Part shown: positions 26,800 to 40,400 of the stretch, one piece after another | How the letters are laid out: each line of letters opens with the position of its first letter | Position numbering within the stretch: position 1 is the stretch's first letter | Source of the DNA: Antedon mediterranea | Lineage: Eukaryota; Animalia; Echinodermata | Length of the DNA: 64,000 nt | Reading direction: 5' to 3' | NCBI RefSeq assembly: GCF_964355755.1 | Contig: NC_092678.1 | Coordinates: 6,030,422-6,094,421, forward strand | Notes under the pieces: generated by a model | Database searches by the model: none | What the model saw: the letters and a program-made list of their open reading frames with translations, nothing else | What the model was told of the DNA's origin: nothing | Translations under genes and position numbers: made by a program

Positions 26800-28623
26800 A
26801 CTGTGCAATTGGGACTGGACCGTTTTTAGAGGTGTTTACCACCTGTTGGTCCCGATCCTTCACTAACAGTGTTAGTGAGAAGTTGAATAAATAAAAAAAA
26901 TAAATATACAGTACATACAGTACAGCAGTACATACTCTATTGAGAATGGAGAGTTACATCTTAAATTTTTATTGACAGAAAGTAACATGAAAGCTTGATT
27001 CACACTAGGATGCAACGTAATGATGTAGACATAACGTATTGACGAAAAGTGCATTAAAAACATAATGTACTGTACAGTGGGAACTTAAGAAAAGCACGGT
27101 TCTGTAGACGTTTTAAACACCGTTTTTAAAGTGTAACATTAATAGAGGGTTGCAATAGTGTTAAAACATATTATTTCTTGGTTTACACTAGGATGCAATG
27201 TACACTATCAACGAAAAGTGCTGTAAAAGCATAACTAATACTATGGGAAATACTATGGTGCAAAAATTAAATTCTGTTACATGAAAGATAGTTCCCATCC
27301 TTTTTTGTACAATATAATTTTAATCGGTCTAGTTTTACTACTGTAACTACTATGTGTACCACGAATCTATATAACAAAATATATAACAATTATTTTTTAT
27401 CCGAAAATATTTTTTATTTTAAACAACAATAGTACAACATGAATTAATTAGTATTTTCTAAATATCAATATTTCAATCTAAGAAAACTTTCTAACGTTAT
27501 CACTTTTTTTTCTTTTTTTTTATGTTTTAATAAAAATTGCCAAAGAAAAGTCAAATTTTCAGTTTATTGACAAATGAATAATTTTGAATCTTAAATCTTT
27601 AAAGAAACTGGTTCTGCAATAATTTCTTGTGTGAAAAGAAATCCATGATTAAAATATTGATTATTTTTCTAAAGTGATATTTAATCACATAAGTTAATTT
27701 TTTTCTGTAAACTAGTCATCCATTGCAGATTCTTGATATTAAATAAACGTATTCACATCATCGAGTAGTTTTGATAGTAGTCGCTACTTACACTGACAAC
27801 TGTTAGACGCCAATAACATATTTGAATGTGATTTGTAGCTCATAGAAAATCTTGAATGAATGATGGCAAACATCAAGCTCAAATGAAGGATGAAAAAAAA
27901 CTTTAGAGGCGCCCCTCTTCAGGGGACACTTATGTGAAACGAACCAGGGGAACTACAGTATACTGTAATAACACCAGACCCACCTTAAAGGGACAAGTGT
28001 CCCAGCATTGATGTTTTCAGTCGATATAGTTTAAATAAATAAATATAGTCGTGTGCAACGTGACTCTACAGCCACTATGTTGGTAGGTTGGTCGGTAAAC
28101 ACTAACTTGAGCACGCGACTGCAGCCATGTATATGGCCTTGTTCCTTATGACCACTCCACTGAGGACAGATACAGATACAAGCTAGGTGGTTCTTCACTT
28201 GTATATTATTGGTATTATAGTACACCAAATTGGTTGTGCTAATTTTATCTAGGTTTCAATAATTTCAACTTCCAGTATTTTGTATGGAGTGTCGCTAGAT
28301 ATGTCTTGATTATATATTGTCTGTACTTATGGTTCTTCTTGATGTCTCGCCGTCCTTAGTACCGTAGCAGCAGTTGATTTTATTATCACAATCAAAATAA
28401 ATGCGACTGATTTTAAACACAACCGATATGCCACAAACCGTATGCCAAAATAGTTACATACCAATTTCAATGGCCTACAATAACAATTTAAAATTCTGAA
28501 TTAACAAGTAAAGGAATTTACCCATCACACCTATCTGATTTCAAACGCTGCGGCAATTGTGTTGGCATACTGTAAATGTATTACTACAGCGAAAAATTAA
28601 GCAACAAAAATTGTCTAGGCCTA

Positions 28624-29166
28624 GGCCGGTGTAAGATTGAAATGTGTCCATCATTCAAAAGTGTCCGGGTGGACACTATTCAGCATTGGATAGTGTCCAA
28701 TTGCATGTTTCAACGGGTTCGCGGGCGTTTTCCAACAATCTAATGCTGTCTGGCGCGTTTAATAATGTCTGACCCTTGGATTGAATACCGTCCGTGGTTG
28801 AGATTTGAGATTCAGGTTTTGATCGTGATTGCGCATGCACTTGTCTTTTTTTAACGACCACTATTTGTTAATAATGCCAAACTAGTTTTTATTTTTCCAA
28901 GATTACTTGGCTTAAAACACCTCCAATTAGCGACCATTATATTATTTGGTATGAATAAAGACAAGAAGAATAAATAATAATAAATAATATAATAATAATC
29001 ATGTAATAAAAACAAGTAAAATACTGGTCCTCTTCCAATTAAAGAACACTTTAGTTTAGACACTTCCAATTAGCGACCATTTTTATTGTTTTGTATGAGT
29101 AAAGACAAGAGTAATTGTCCAGTGGACACTTTCAAACACCGGACACATTTAAATCTTACACCGGCC
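28624..29166. mobile_element. Non-autonomous TIR element in the putative 5'UTR intron of gene C
   Basis: ggccggtgtaagatt.aaatgtgtcc ... ggacacattt.aatcttacaccggcc inverted termini. Confidence 0.75.
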
Positions 29167-29402
29167 ACTTATCTACAGTTTGTATATGACCTTGACATCT
29201 GTGTCTCCATCATCCACTCACAATCATACCATTCTCCATAATCATGTATACAAAAGTATTTTAATTAAAATACAAAAGTAATCCCAGCCTAGGTTACCTA
29301 TTCTCTAGGGTCTTATTTAATAGACTAAAACACATAAATAGTAAATAACCAATAGATTTGTATATATAAATAATAATTCAACCTAGGCCTACTTTCACTT
29401 AC

Positions 29403-29800
29403 CCCACGGATTGACCCCTGTTAGCCTAGACAACACAAACCTACCTAAGCCGCCTCTCAAGTTCACGGACTTCCGTCTCAGACTCACCTGTGTGCACGCA
29501 CGGTACACTACTTTGAAATCGACAGTACCCGCGACAATACCGTTAATACAGGAACAAACAGGATGTCATACGAACATAATCCTCTACTATAATAATTTAA
29601 CTATAAATGCATACAATGGATATGCCTCCGAAGTGAAATTCCTCTGAAAACGTGCACAATAAACGTATTTTAGGACTACGATTTCAACTGCATACCACAA
29701 CACACCGTGCAGTGTGTTGATCAACTGAAAATACTTGGCGAATGCAGCAGTTGCAAAAGGTTAATGACCTTTGTTATTGTACATATAGAGGGCGCAATAT
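29403..29800 (-). promoter_or_regulatory. Putative promoter / non-coding first exon of gene C
   Basis: Strong donor (gtaagt) at 29397-29402; block 29478-29800 is colinearly similar to 52268-52545 and 56091-56368 upstream of the B heads. Confidence 0.55.
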
Positions 29801-31268
29801 CAATTTTCTGTTCTTTCTTTCTCACTAAGAGTGTGATTGAATAAACTCTTTTTCACTCAAAAAATAAAAGTACAAACATTTATAACATGTAACACAAGTA
29901 TATAATTCGATCAAATATTCTTTCCTTAATACCAACCGAGATACCAACATAATGCCTACATAATTCTTAAATCCTTCATGTTAGCTCTTCCACGCTTCGA
30001 GTGGTCTACGAAACTTTAATTGTATATTTTGAAACTTACTTGAAACAAAAACCAAAATATTTCTTAAATTGCTGTTACAAAACGTTATTTAATTTAATTT
30101 TTTTTTTCTTATTCATTTACGGTGGTATAAAATATCAAAAGAACCAAGAAAATTGCTAATATATAAATATTTGTGTTTTACATACATCTAAATATTATAC
30201 AAGTCATTTTTAAAAAGCAATGTATTTACAATAGGATAGCATGAAAATAATTGATGTTTTATGCTGGTACTATATGCCATGTAATTTAATGATCTTTATA
30301 ATCTTTAAAGGATCTTTTGTTACTAGTATTTTAAATCACACTATTGCTGCCAATCAATTCTGAATAATAGATGTAATTATTAAATATAAAATTAAACAAT
30401 ATATAAAACATTTCATTTACAAAAAACAATTTGTTTTGTTTTATATATGTATTTTAATATGTATTACTGTATATATATTTTTTATACATATATGAATAAT
30501 TTCTAAACAGCCCAGTGATATACTGAAATTTAATTTGAAACGACAAAGATGATAAAAAGTTGTCCCAAACAAGATTCCAACCCGGAAACTTCTGCTTGAT
30601 GGCCAAACAATTAGGAACAGCACTAGCCTTTTAATCATTATATATGTATATATTATTTAATCAATATATATGTATATATTATTTAATCATTATGATATAT
30701 ACAGTATTATCTGCTTTATATTTATATACTCTAAGTACTCTCACTTTGACTGATGCTTTTTGTTTATTTTACTTTGTATCTCCATTGAGATCCAGTCACT
30801 GATATCCACAGCATTGTTTTTTCAGTAATTTGCTCTTGTATTTATATATATATATAAATCATACTGTCAAATTATAGAAACAGTTCTCATATTTCGGAAC
30901 ATGATCTCATAAGCATAGCTCATTGGCGAAAGTTCCGTATTTTTAGTTATATGAAAAAAATGTCTCTGGCGGGATTCAAACCTGTGATTCGAACCTGCGA
31001 CCTCTGGATTATCATACCACTATAATACAAATGGATTAGAAAAAATATACAAAGTTTTATTTCAATAGATATCATTAGTTTTTTAAATAAACATATTACT
31101 GCCATTAATTCAGAAAAAATTGAATATGGTTAGAGCACTGAAAATCCAAAGAGGAAAAAATGTTTATTTATTTTTTATTTTATTTATTTATTTTGTTTAT
31201 TTTTCTTCCAGTAAATTGGTCAAATAGCAGAGCAGACTGTTCTTAAATCTATTTATTATTGTAGCTTA

Positions 31269-31469
31269 TTATAATGTAGTCTCTGCCTCTTTCTCCGTGA
31301 CACTTTTTATCTTCCGTCGTCGGAAAAAGTACTGAAGAGTCATGACAGCTATAAAGATGAGAAACCCCAACAGCAACATCGTACGAACAACAATCAACAC
31401 AATATTATTAATGTTGTTTGTAAGGTATATGATCTCTCCAAATGTTATGTAGAGGTTGTTATGATATGC
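31269..31469 (-). CDS. Gene B terminal exon: transmembrane helix and short tail
   Basis: ttttcacag|[66 protein letters not shown] then TAA TAA; hydrophobic run followed by an RRRK stop-transfer motif. Confidence 0.85.
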   Translation of the reverse strand, partial: AYHNNLYITFGEIIYLTNNINNIVLIVVRTMLLLGFLIFIAVMTLQYFFRRRKIKSVTEKEAETTL

Positions 31470-34400
31470 CTGTGAAAAATAGAGAAAAAAATATCATTAC
31501 TATTACATAAAACCAATCAGTTGAAAGACAATTGATTTTTTAGAAATCGCGGTAAATGAAAAAAAATATTTGAAACGACCGACCAATCATCAAAACTGTA
31601 GCCAAGTGGGGAGTGAGGAAAGATGTCCCCATTCCTGCATGCTCACAAATGAATAAATATGTCGTAAGCTACCTATTTATACAATAATTTTGTCTCATAT
31701 TTCAATGTGTAAGTGCAATTTCCGGGGACTAAGCAGTTCTATTTTTCAAAAGTTCCTTATGTCAGTTTCAGGGGGAGGGGGTCGGTCACTGGGTTAGTTC
31801 CATGAGTGAATGAGTTGATTACAATTTCGTACTAACCCCCAGCTCCCCCAACAGCAACCAGCCTACGCCTATGCAACAGAATGTAGTACGTCTAAAAAAT
31901 AATATTTGCTTCTTTTGCTCTTACCGTGACCAAAGTAGACTTAAGTTTTTCTTCAGGAAGAGCAACCTCCACGTGTGTCTCGGTAAGTCTAATGACCTCC
32001 AACTTGATGCCTCCTATAAATACACTAATGTCACGTTCATCACTGGCGAACGTTAAATTACTCCCCTGCAATATAATAATCTTACTATAAATAATTCACC
32101 AAATCTCTGCGTGTCTGTCCATATGTTCGGCTTTATTCAGAGACCATCTCCCTGGACTAGGTGTCGCATGGTCTTAAAACTTGGTGGGTGTAGCTCGGTA
32201 TAAGAAAGAATGAGTTTGTGTTTGTTAGGTCATCAAGGTCAAAGGTCAAATCTAATCAAAATCTAATTGCTTTGATCGAGCTGAAACTTGGGTAAAGTAC
32301 TACTGAGAATATAGGGTGAGTATGAACCTGATGATGTTTTAAACTACATTTGAAACCTGCTCTGAAGCGGGTATACTTGCTAGTAATAATAATAATGCAG
32401 TAATACCAAAGAGGGTATACTGTGAACCACTGATTTGTATTGTAACAAATTTGGATCACAGGGCTATTGTTAAATAAATTGAAAATGTTATTAATAGTTT
32501 ACTTACAAATAGATACAAAAATTTATTCTCATCTGTCAGTTGGTAAAATCCTTGTTCGTCTACAAAAATGGCGTAACGTGTGGAACCTTCAAACGTATAG
32601 TATACCGGGTCTGAGAAAAACGTAAAATTTGTATTGCCATCAATATCCATACTATCTAAGATGAATCTAACAGTCGCTTCCCTTCCTCCGATGTTGTTCA
32701 CTTGTCGTTTTCTGTGAGCTGAACTGAAATCAACAGCGGGTGAATTACAGATCATTGATTTTTGTTTTTTGTCTGTGCAATTCTGTAAAGATAATCAATG
32801 GTATTAGGTAACACTACCTTTCTTGCAAAAAATAAAAGATATATTATTATCATTATGAGCAAAGATACCCTCAACCCGCACCACCCCCCTCCTCATACAC
32901 ATGTATCGGGAGGGGGGTAACATACTTACCGACTCGAAACTCTGGTCTTCGATTTCAACTATCATTTTGGCATTTTGTACATACTGAAAGTTAATACCAT
33001 CTACTGTTACAACACGACCACCACTGTAAAAAAAATAATCAGTATAGTATAAGAGGGTGGGTTCACACATGAATCAGTATAGTATGAGGGTAGGTTCACA
33101 CACAAATAAAAGAGTACAAGAGATTGGATTGACACACAAATCAAAGAGTACCAGAGGGTGTGTTCACACGCGAATCAAAGAGTACAAGAGAGTTCACACA
33201 CTAATCAAACAGTACAAGAGAGTGGATTCACACACAAATCAAAGAGTACAAGAGGGTGGGTTAACATACGAATCAAAAAGTGCAAAAAGAAATAAAAGAG
33301 TACAAGAGGATATCAAAGAGTACAAGAGGGTGTGTTCACACATGAATCAAAGAGTACAAGAGGGTGTGTTCACACATGAATCAAAGAGTACAAGAGGGTG
33401 TGTTCACACATAAATCAAAGAGTACAAGAGGGTGTGTTCACACATGAATCAAAGAGTACAAGAGGGTGTGTTCACACATAAATCAAAGAGTACAAGAGGG
33501 TGTGTTCACACATGAATCAAAGAGTACAAGAGGATGTGTTCACACATGAATCAAAGAGTACAAGAGGATGTGTTCACACATGAATCAAAGAGTACAAGAG
33601 GATGTGTTCACACATGAATCAAAGAGTACAAGAGGATGTGTTCACACATGAATCAAAGAGTACAAGAGGGTGTGTTCACACATGAATCAAAGAGTACAAG
33701 AGGATGTGTTCACACATGAATCAAAGAGTACAAGAGGGTGTGTTCACACATGAATCAAAGAGTACAAGAGGGTGTGTTCACACATGAATCAAAGAGTACA
33801 AGAGGGTGTGTTCACACATGAATCAAAGAGTACAAGAGGGTGTGTTCACACATGAATCAAAGAGTACAAGAGGGTGTGTTCACACATGAATCAAAGAGTA
33901 CAAGAGGGTGTGTTCACACATGAATCAAAAAGTGCAAAAGGAAATAAAAGAGTACAAAAGGATATCAAAGAGTACAAGAGGGTGTGTTCACACATGAATC
34001 AAAGAGTACAAGAGGGTGTGTTCACACATGAATCAATGAGTACAAGAGGGTGTGTTCACACATAAATCAAAGAGTACAAGAGGGTGTGTTCACACATGAA
34101 TCAAAGAGTACAAGAGGATGTGTTCACACATGAATCAAAGAGTACAAGAGGGTGTGTTCACACATGAATCAAAGAGTACAAGAGGGTGTGTTCACACATG
34201 AATCAAAGAGTACAAGAGGATGTGTTCACACATGAATCAAAGAGTACAAGAGGGTGGGTTCACACATGAATCAAAGAGTACAAGAGGGTGGGTTCACACA
34301 TGAATCAAATAGTACAAGAGGGTGGGTTCACACATGAATCAAAGAGTACAAGAGGGTGGGTTCACACATGAATCAAATAGTACAAGAGGGTGGGTTCACA

Positions 34401-37400
34401 CACAAAAATAGTATACCAGAGTTCGTATACGACATACTTTGTAAATAAATATTTTTCTTTCACTTACGATTTTATGCTTTCTTTGGGGAAGTAATCAACA
34501 ATGTTCGGATTTGTCCGGTAGCAATACTCAAACACTGAAAATTCAATGTTACCAAAGGTGACTATAATTGTCCAGCAACCACTGCTTTCAATACTTCCAG
34601 TTTTACATTCAATTTCTTTGTTACTGTTTCTAAAGAATAAGAAGAGAATTAATTTAAATGTGTATATTTTGATATCCGGCAATAAAACACATGTGACTAT
34701 AAGTGCCAAGGAGTAGCAAAAGAGGTCAGAAGACCACGATCACCATACAACCAAAGAACTTATAACACAAGAATCTCCTGTTCGTCCGAAGCGCGTAACA
34801 ATTTCGAAAGGCATTGTGGGATAGAATAGAGCTAATGGGTGGCGCCATTGTGAGCCACGGAGTCGGGCGCCCGCATCAAATTAGAAAGTCAAAATCATAG
34901 AGGGGATCTGCTAATACTCTAGGGGGGATAGAGTAATTGACTGAGGAGTAGGGTGCCCGCATCAAATTAGAAAGTCAAAATCAAAGAGGGGATCTGCTAA
35001 TACTCTAGGGGAATAGAGTAATTGACTTCCTAGTTTGGAGGGGCGCTGCTCCATGCTGTGAAATGGCGTTGCCCAGTTTGACCTTTTAACCCTGTACTTC
35101 CCATACTGTGTTTTGAATGCAAATTGAAGAACAGGAGATTCTTGTGTTATAAGTTCTTTGATACAACGTACTGGCACACCAACAATAATATTCAGGTAAA
35201 CACCAAACTATTAACAAAAAATGCATCATTTAATTTACCTTATAATCACGCAATCAGCTGTATGAATACTGACAGATACAGAATTAAAGTTAAGGTTATT
35301 GCCTGTAATATTTATAACAGTACCTCCAGCCATGATGCCTGTTGATGGCTGTGCAGAAGAAAACGTTGGTGTCTGTAACCAAAATACATAGCAATTTTTA
35401 GTCAAAGAGAAGGCATTAAGACAGTGGAACCGTAATCCAAAGCCATAACATCAGCAAGGGTTGGAGGCTCACTTGCTCCATGGTTCTGGCGGTAGGACAA
35501 CTCTTCTCGGATAAGGACTATAAGCCGTAGGTCCAGTGTACACACATTGCTTGTGTGCCCTTTAAAGAACCTTTATCTTTCAAACCGAATCTTTCGAGAT
35601 GAGTAGGGGTTACCCTGGTGTATTAGTTCACACACTCAGCCAGTGTCGTGGACAGACGTAATGGCGCCGTATTTGGCTGCCGGTGACACGATGTGACCCT
35701 TAGGGGAGAAGAATGTTGTTGAAAAGGTATAACATCTAAGTCCGTAGCGCTCTGATCTTCATGAAATAGCGCTATATTTTTGTGTAAATGGTCATAGATT
35801 CTATATTTTTGTTTTTCGCTCATCTGTGTAAATTGGCCTTGACATTTTAAATTGACATTTTACCTTTACTGTCGCTGCACGTGTGGTCGACGCTGCTCGC
35901 AATTTTTGTGTATTTTTGTATATTTCTAAACGTTTATGATGTCTATGATAGTTTTTTTATATTGGTAATATTGTCCTAGTGACTGTGAATATTATTTCAA
36001 GATAAGTTGGTGATATTTTAGTGGTTTTTATTGATGAATGACTGCATAATACTATGGATCTGGCCCAGGCTCTAGGATATGCTATTCATCGAACGAATTG
36101 CATTCCATTGGACAAAAGGTGCGCGGACAACCGCTGTCTAGACCCACCATGGACATACCAAAGGAAGCGAGACGGAGAAAACGGGGTAAGGCAGGAGGCA
36201 TTAGGAAACGTTTACGTGCTCGCAAAGCAAGACCATACATTCCTACAATTATTATGGGAAATGTTCAGTCGATATCAAATAAAATGGACGAACTTAGAGC
36301 GAACGCGAAATACTTTCGTGAATTCCGTGATGCCAGTATAATGTCATTCACTGAAACATGGTTGCAGGATAGGCATGATGATTCTCATATCGAAATAAAT
36401 GGTTTTAAATTACTTAGGGGAGACAGAACATGTGAATCAGGAAAGAAAAGGGGTGGTGGTATCTGTATTAACGTCAACGAAAGATATTGTCATCAAAATA
36501 ACGCAGTCGTGAAGAAGCACAGATGCTCACCAAATTGTGAAATTCATGTTGTAAGCGTACGCCCCTATTATATACCCAGGGAATTTTCACACGTTGTCAT
36601 TGTTACTGTATATATTCCCAAAACAAATCTGGTTAATAATGCATCGACAGAGATTGCAGAAGTACTGTACGACATAGAAGCTACCTCGCCCGATGCATTC
36701 GTTGTCATAAACGGAGATTTTAATCGCGGATCATTGAAGAAGACAAGCGAATACTACTACCAACACGTTACATGTCCTACGCGCGAAACAAGTATATTAG
36801 ACCTTTGCTACACAAACGTGAAAAACGCATATGTTTCAACCCAGTGGCCGTGCTTGGGAGATCATTTTTTAATCGTACTAAACCCGAAATACATTCCATT
36901 AGTTAAACGAGAGAAGCCAAGGACTATTAAAGTAAAGAAATGGACAGCAGAAGCAACGGAATGCCTACAAGATGCATTTGATGATACGGACTGGGAGATG
37001 TTTATTAATAACGCTAATGATCTGAATGAACTTACGGACACAGTGTCTGAATATATAAACTTTTGTAGTGATATGCTTATCCCAACTAAAAAGGTTAAAG
37101 TGTTTGCGAATAATAAACCGTGGATAACCAAAGATGTGAAAATTATTATTAACCGGAAACAGAAAGCATTTGCTGAAGGTAATAAAGCGAAATTAAAAGA
37201 GGTCCAAAAAGAATTAAAATGTGCAATACGTAAAGAAAAATACAAGTTTAAAAATAAAGTTGAAAAGAAGTTCACGGAAAATAACATGAAAGAGGTGTGG
37301 CAAGGAATGAGGTTAATGAGTGGACATATAAATAATAAACAAAAATCTGTATCGCTACCAAAAATTGACAAAGAATATGCAAATGAATTCAATATATTTT

Positions 37401-40400
37401 TCAATCGTTTTAACAAATATGATTTTTCAAAAGAAATTAAGGAACGGAAGTGTCAGCTTGAATCAAATATAAATGACATAAAAATTGATACAAATGAGGG
37501 TGAAGTATATAAGTATTTTAGAAATTTGAATGCTAAGAAAGCTCCCGGGCCCGATAAACTTAAACCAAATATTTTAAAATCATGTGCAATGCAGTTATCG
37601 TATATTATTTTTAATTTGTGTTTCACAACTAGTTCACTTCCAGAAACATGGAAACAATCATCTATTGTTCCTATTCCAAAAAGCCGTGTTATTAAGTATA
37701 TGAATGATCTCAGGCCAGTTGCCTTAACATCAGTTGTAGGTAAAATATGTGAGAAAATTGTTTTAAAATGCTTAGAACCAATAGTCACTACGCATACTGA
37801 TCCCATGCAATTTGCATACAGAAGTGCTCGGAGCACAGAAGATGCGATTGTCGTTAAACTTGAAAGGCTGTATCGTCATTTAGATAAAACAAAGGTTGGA
37901 AATTCAGCCCGTGTTATGTATTACGACTTCTCCTCTGCGTTTAACACCATTCAACCCCATTTACTAGTAGATAAGCTGTGTAAGATGGCCATTCCCCTTA
38001 ATTTGATTCTTTTTATTCTGAATTTTCTAACAAACAGAAAGCAGTATGTGAAGCTTAGCCCAACAGTATGTTCTGATGTTAGTGTTTCCAATACAGGTGC
38101 GCCACAAGGCACTGTATTAGCCCCTTTTTTGTTTACCTTGTATACAAGTGATTATAGATCTAAACATGATTCTTGCCCAGTTGTACGATTTGCTGACGAT
38201 ACGGCGATGATTGGCTTGATTCAGAAGGACGATTGCACTTCATATTTAAATGAGATTAATAATTTTGTAAAATATAGTAATGATAACTTTTTAGAATTGA
38301 ATGTTGAAAAAACAAAGGAAATGATTATAGATTTTAGAAAGAAAACGAATAAATGTGATCTAGTTGACATAATGGGTAGACAAATTCAGAGGGTGGAAAC
38401 ATATAAATATCTGGGGGTTGTATTTAACAATAAATTGACGTGGAGTAACCACTTGGATCTCGTTATGAAGAAAGTAAATACTAGAATGTACTGTTTAAGA
38501 CAACTAAACAAGTTCCAAGTTCAGTGTAAATAATAATATTTTGATTACATTCTATCAGTCTATTATTGTTGGGGTTTGGAAATATTGTATTGCAAGGTGG
38601 GGTGGAAATGTTACAGAGGGAGATAAGGGTAGAATTGATTGTGTGGTAAGAAGGGTTGAGAGGATGTCTGGTTTGTGTCAGCAGTCGGTGAATTCAGTTT
38701 ATTGCGAGAACCTGGACAGGCTTTTTGGGATGGTGTTGAGGGATGAAAGTCATCCTGTGAATTCCGATTTAGGCAGTCTCAGGAGTGCTCGTAGTGGAAG
38801 ATTGCGATCCGCGGCTGCTGACACAAACCGATATCTTTTCTCCTTTCTGCCCACAGGTATCAGGAGACATCAGCGACATTCATCCAGATGAGCACCATGA
38901 AATAATATGTAATAATATGTTCTTGTTGTGAGTTTTTAATATTGGTATTGTTGTATTGTCATGCTATTTTATATATTGTAATTATGATGTATTTGAAGAC
39001 GAGTAATGTAAATTTTCTCCTTGTGGGAACGAATAAAGATTATACTTGATACTTGATACTTGACTTGATACTTAACTCTTAGCATAAACTGTGTCTCACC
39101 AATCCAAGAAAATCTATGTGAAAACTGTGGTAACATTTTTTACCAGTGTAAATGAGCCAACAAATAATTAATCTGAAGTGGGTTTTTAATTGTATGTTTT
39201 TACCTGATATTCAAGAGTTCCAACAATTGTGGGATTACCATTTACCATCACTGTAACACTTTGAAAACCAGCATTAGGAAAGCTTGGAGCCTTACAAGAA
39301 ATTCTATAAAAAAAAAAAAATTTTTCTAATTAATTTTTTTATTGTCTTTTAATAGGCCTGCTTAATGGTTCAATTATAAGACCATTCTCAAATTCTCTTT
39401 CGGCAACCAATACTTGACCTGATAATCACAATAGGTTCCCAGAATTTCCAGCCCTCTCAGTCCTTTCAGTTCCACAAAAAATAGGACATAAGCAACTGAA
39501 ATTTCACTTCAATTCAAATGTTGACATTTTTCGTGTGCCTGAAAGTTGCGTGGAGTTGCGCGGAGTGCTTATGTTCCGTGTCAACATATGCGCACCTTTA
39601 ATGTTCTAGGCCTACTTCTTAATTATTTCCTATGTAGATATTTATAACATCCTGTATAAAGAACATTAAAACACACCCTTGAAAGGATCTTTTACTGTAT
39701 AACCAGAAAAAACAAACATATAACCAGTGGCTGTATTCACCATGTTGATCGTTGAGTTGCGTTGAATTTAAAATCGTTAAAGTGGAAAATAAAATAACAA
39801 TGATCGAGTCGGAACGCTAATATTTACACATTTTTACGCGATCGTTCATAGTTTCTTGGTTCCTTGAGCGTTGCTAGGACGGACGTGAAGTGTGAAAAAA
39901 CCATGCACAGCCGGGCCCGCGTAAAAATTGAAAAAGTTTTGATACTTCAACCCAGCCTAGGACATGCTTTCGATGGTATCTTAATCTAGGCTTACACTAA
40001 AGACAAACATCAAATAAATTGTTTAAAATTATACAATAATTTAAATTGACTCGTTGTTTTGAAATATTAGACCTTAAAAAGTGTACAAAAAAGGTGAAAA
40101 ACATTGTTGCGTTGTAAAAATTCAAGAATTGTCAGCTCGTTTCTATTTTTGGACCATTTGATTGGTCAGTTTTAACAACCGCAACGTTAAAGTTGAACCA
40201 GGTTCAACTTTAACGATTGCAGATTTTAAAGATTTTTAACATTGATTTTACCCCTTTTCCTATAAAGTCGTTGATCCAGTCAATTTGATTGGTTAATTAC
40301 GCATTACGTGACATTTAGAATTAGCCCAACGAAACGGAAAATGATATCCAATGGTGATTATTAACATGCTCTAATGCACATTCAGCTTTCTGATAATTTT

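Noticed and set aside
30955-31020. tRNA gene (B-box-like ggttcgaatc; similar at 26290-26350)
   Set aside because: Only degenerate SINE-head fragments; no cloverleaf.
33040-34405. CRISPR-like array (34-bp palindromic repeat)
   Set aside because: Units are head-to-tail with no unique spacers, there are no cas genes, and it lies in a eukaryotic intron; ORFs 33057..33413 and 33874..34065 are repeat artefacts.
36862-37836. Minus-strand ORFs of 184 and 127 aa
   Set aside because: Antisense shadows of the LINE ORF.
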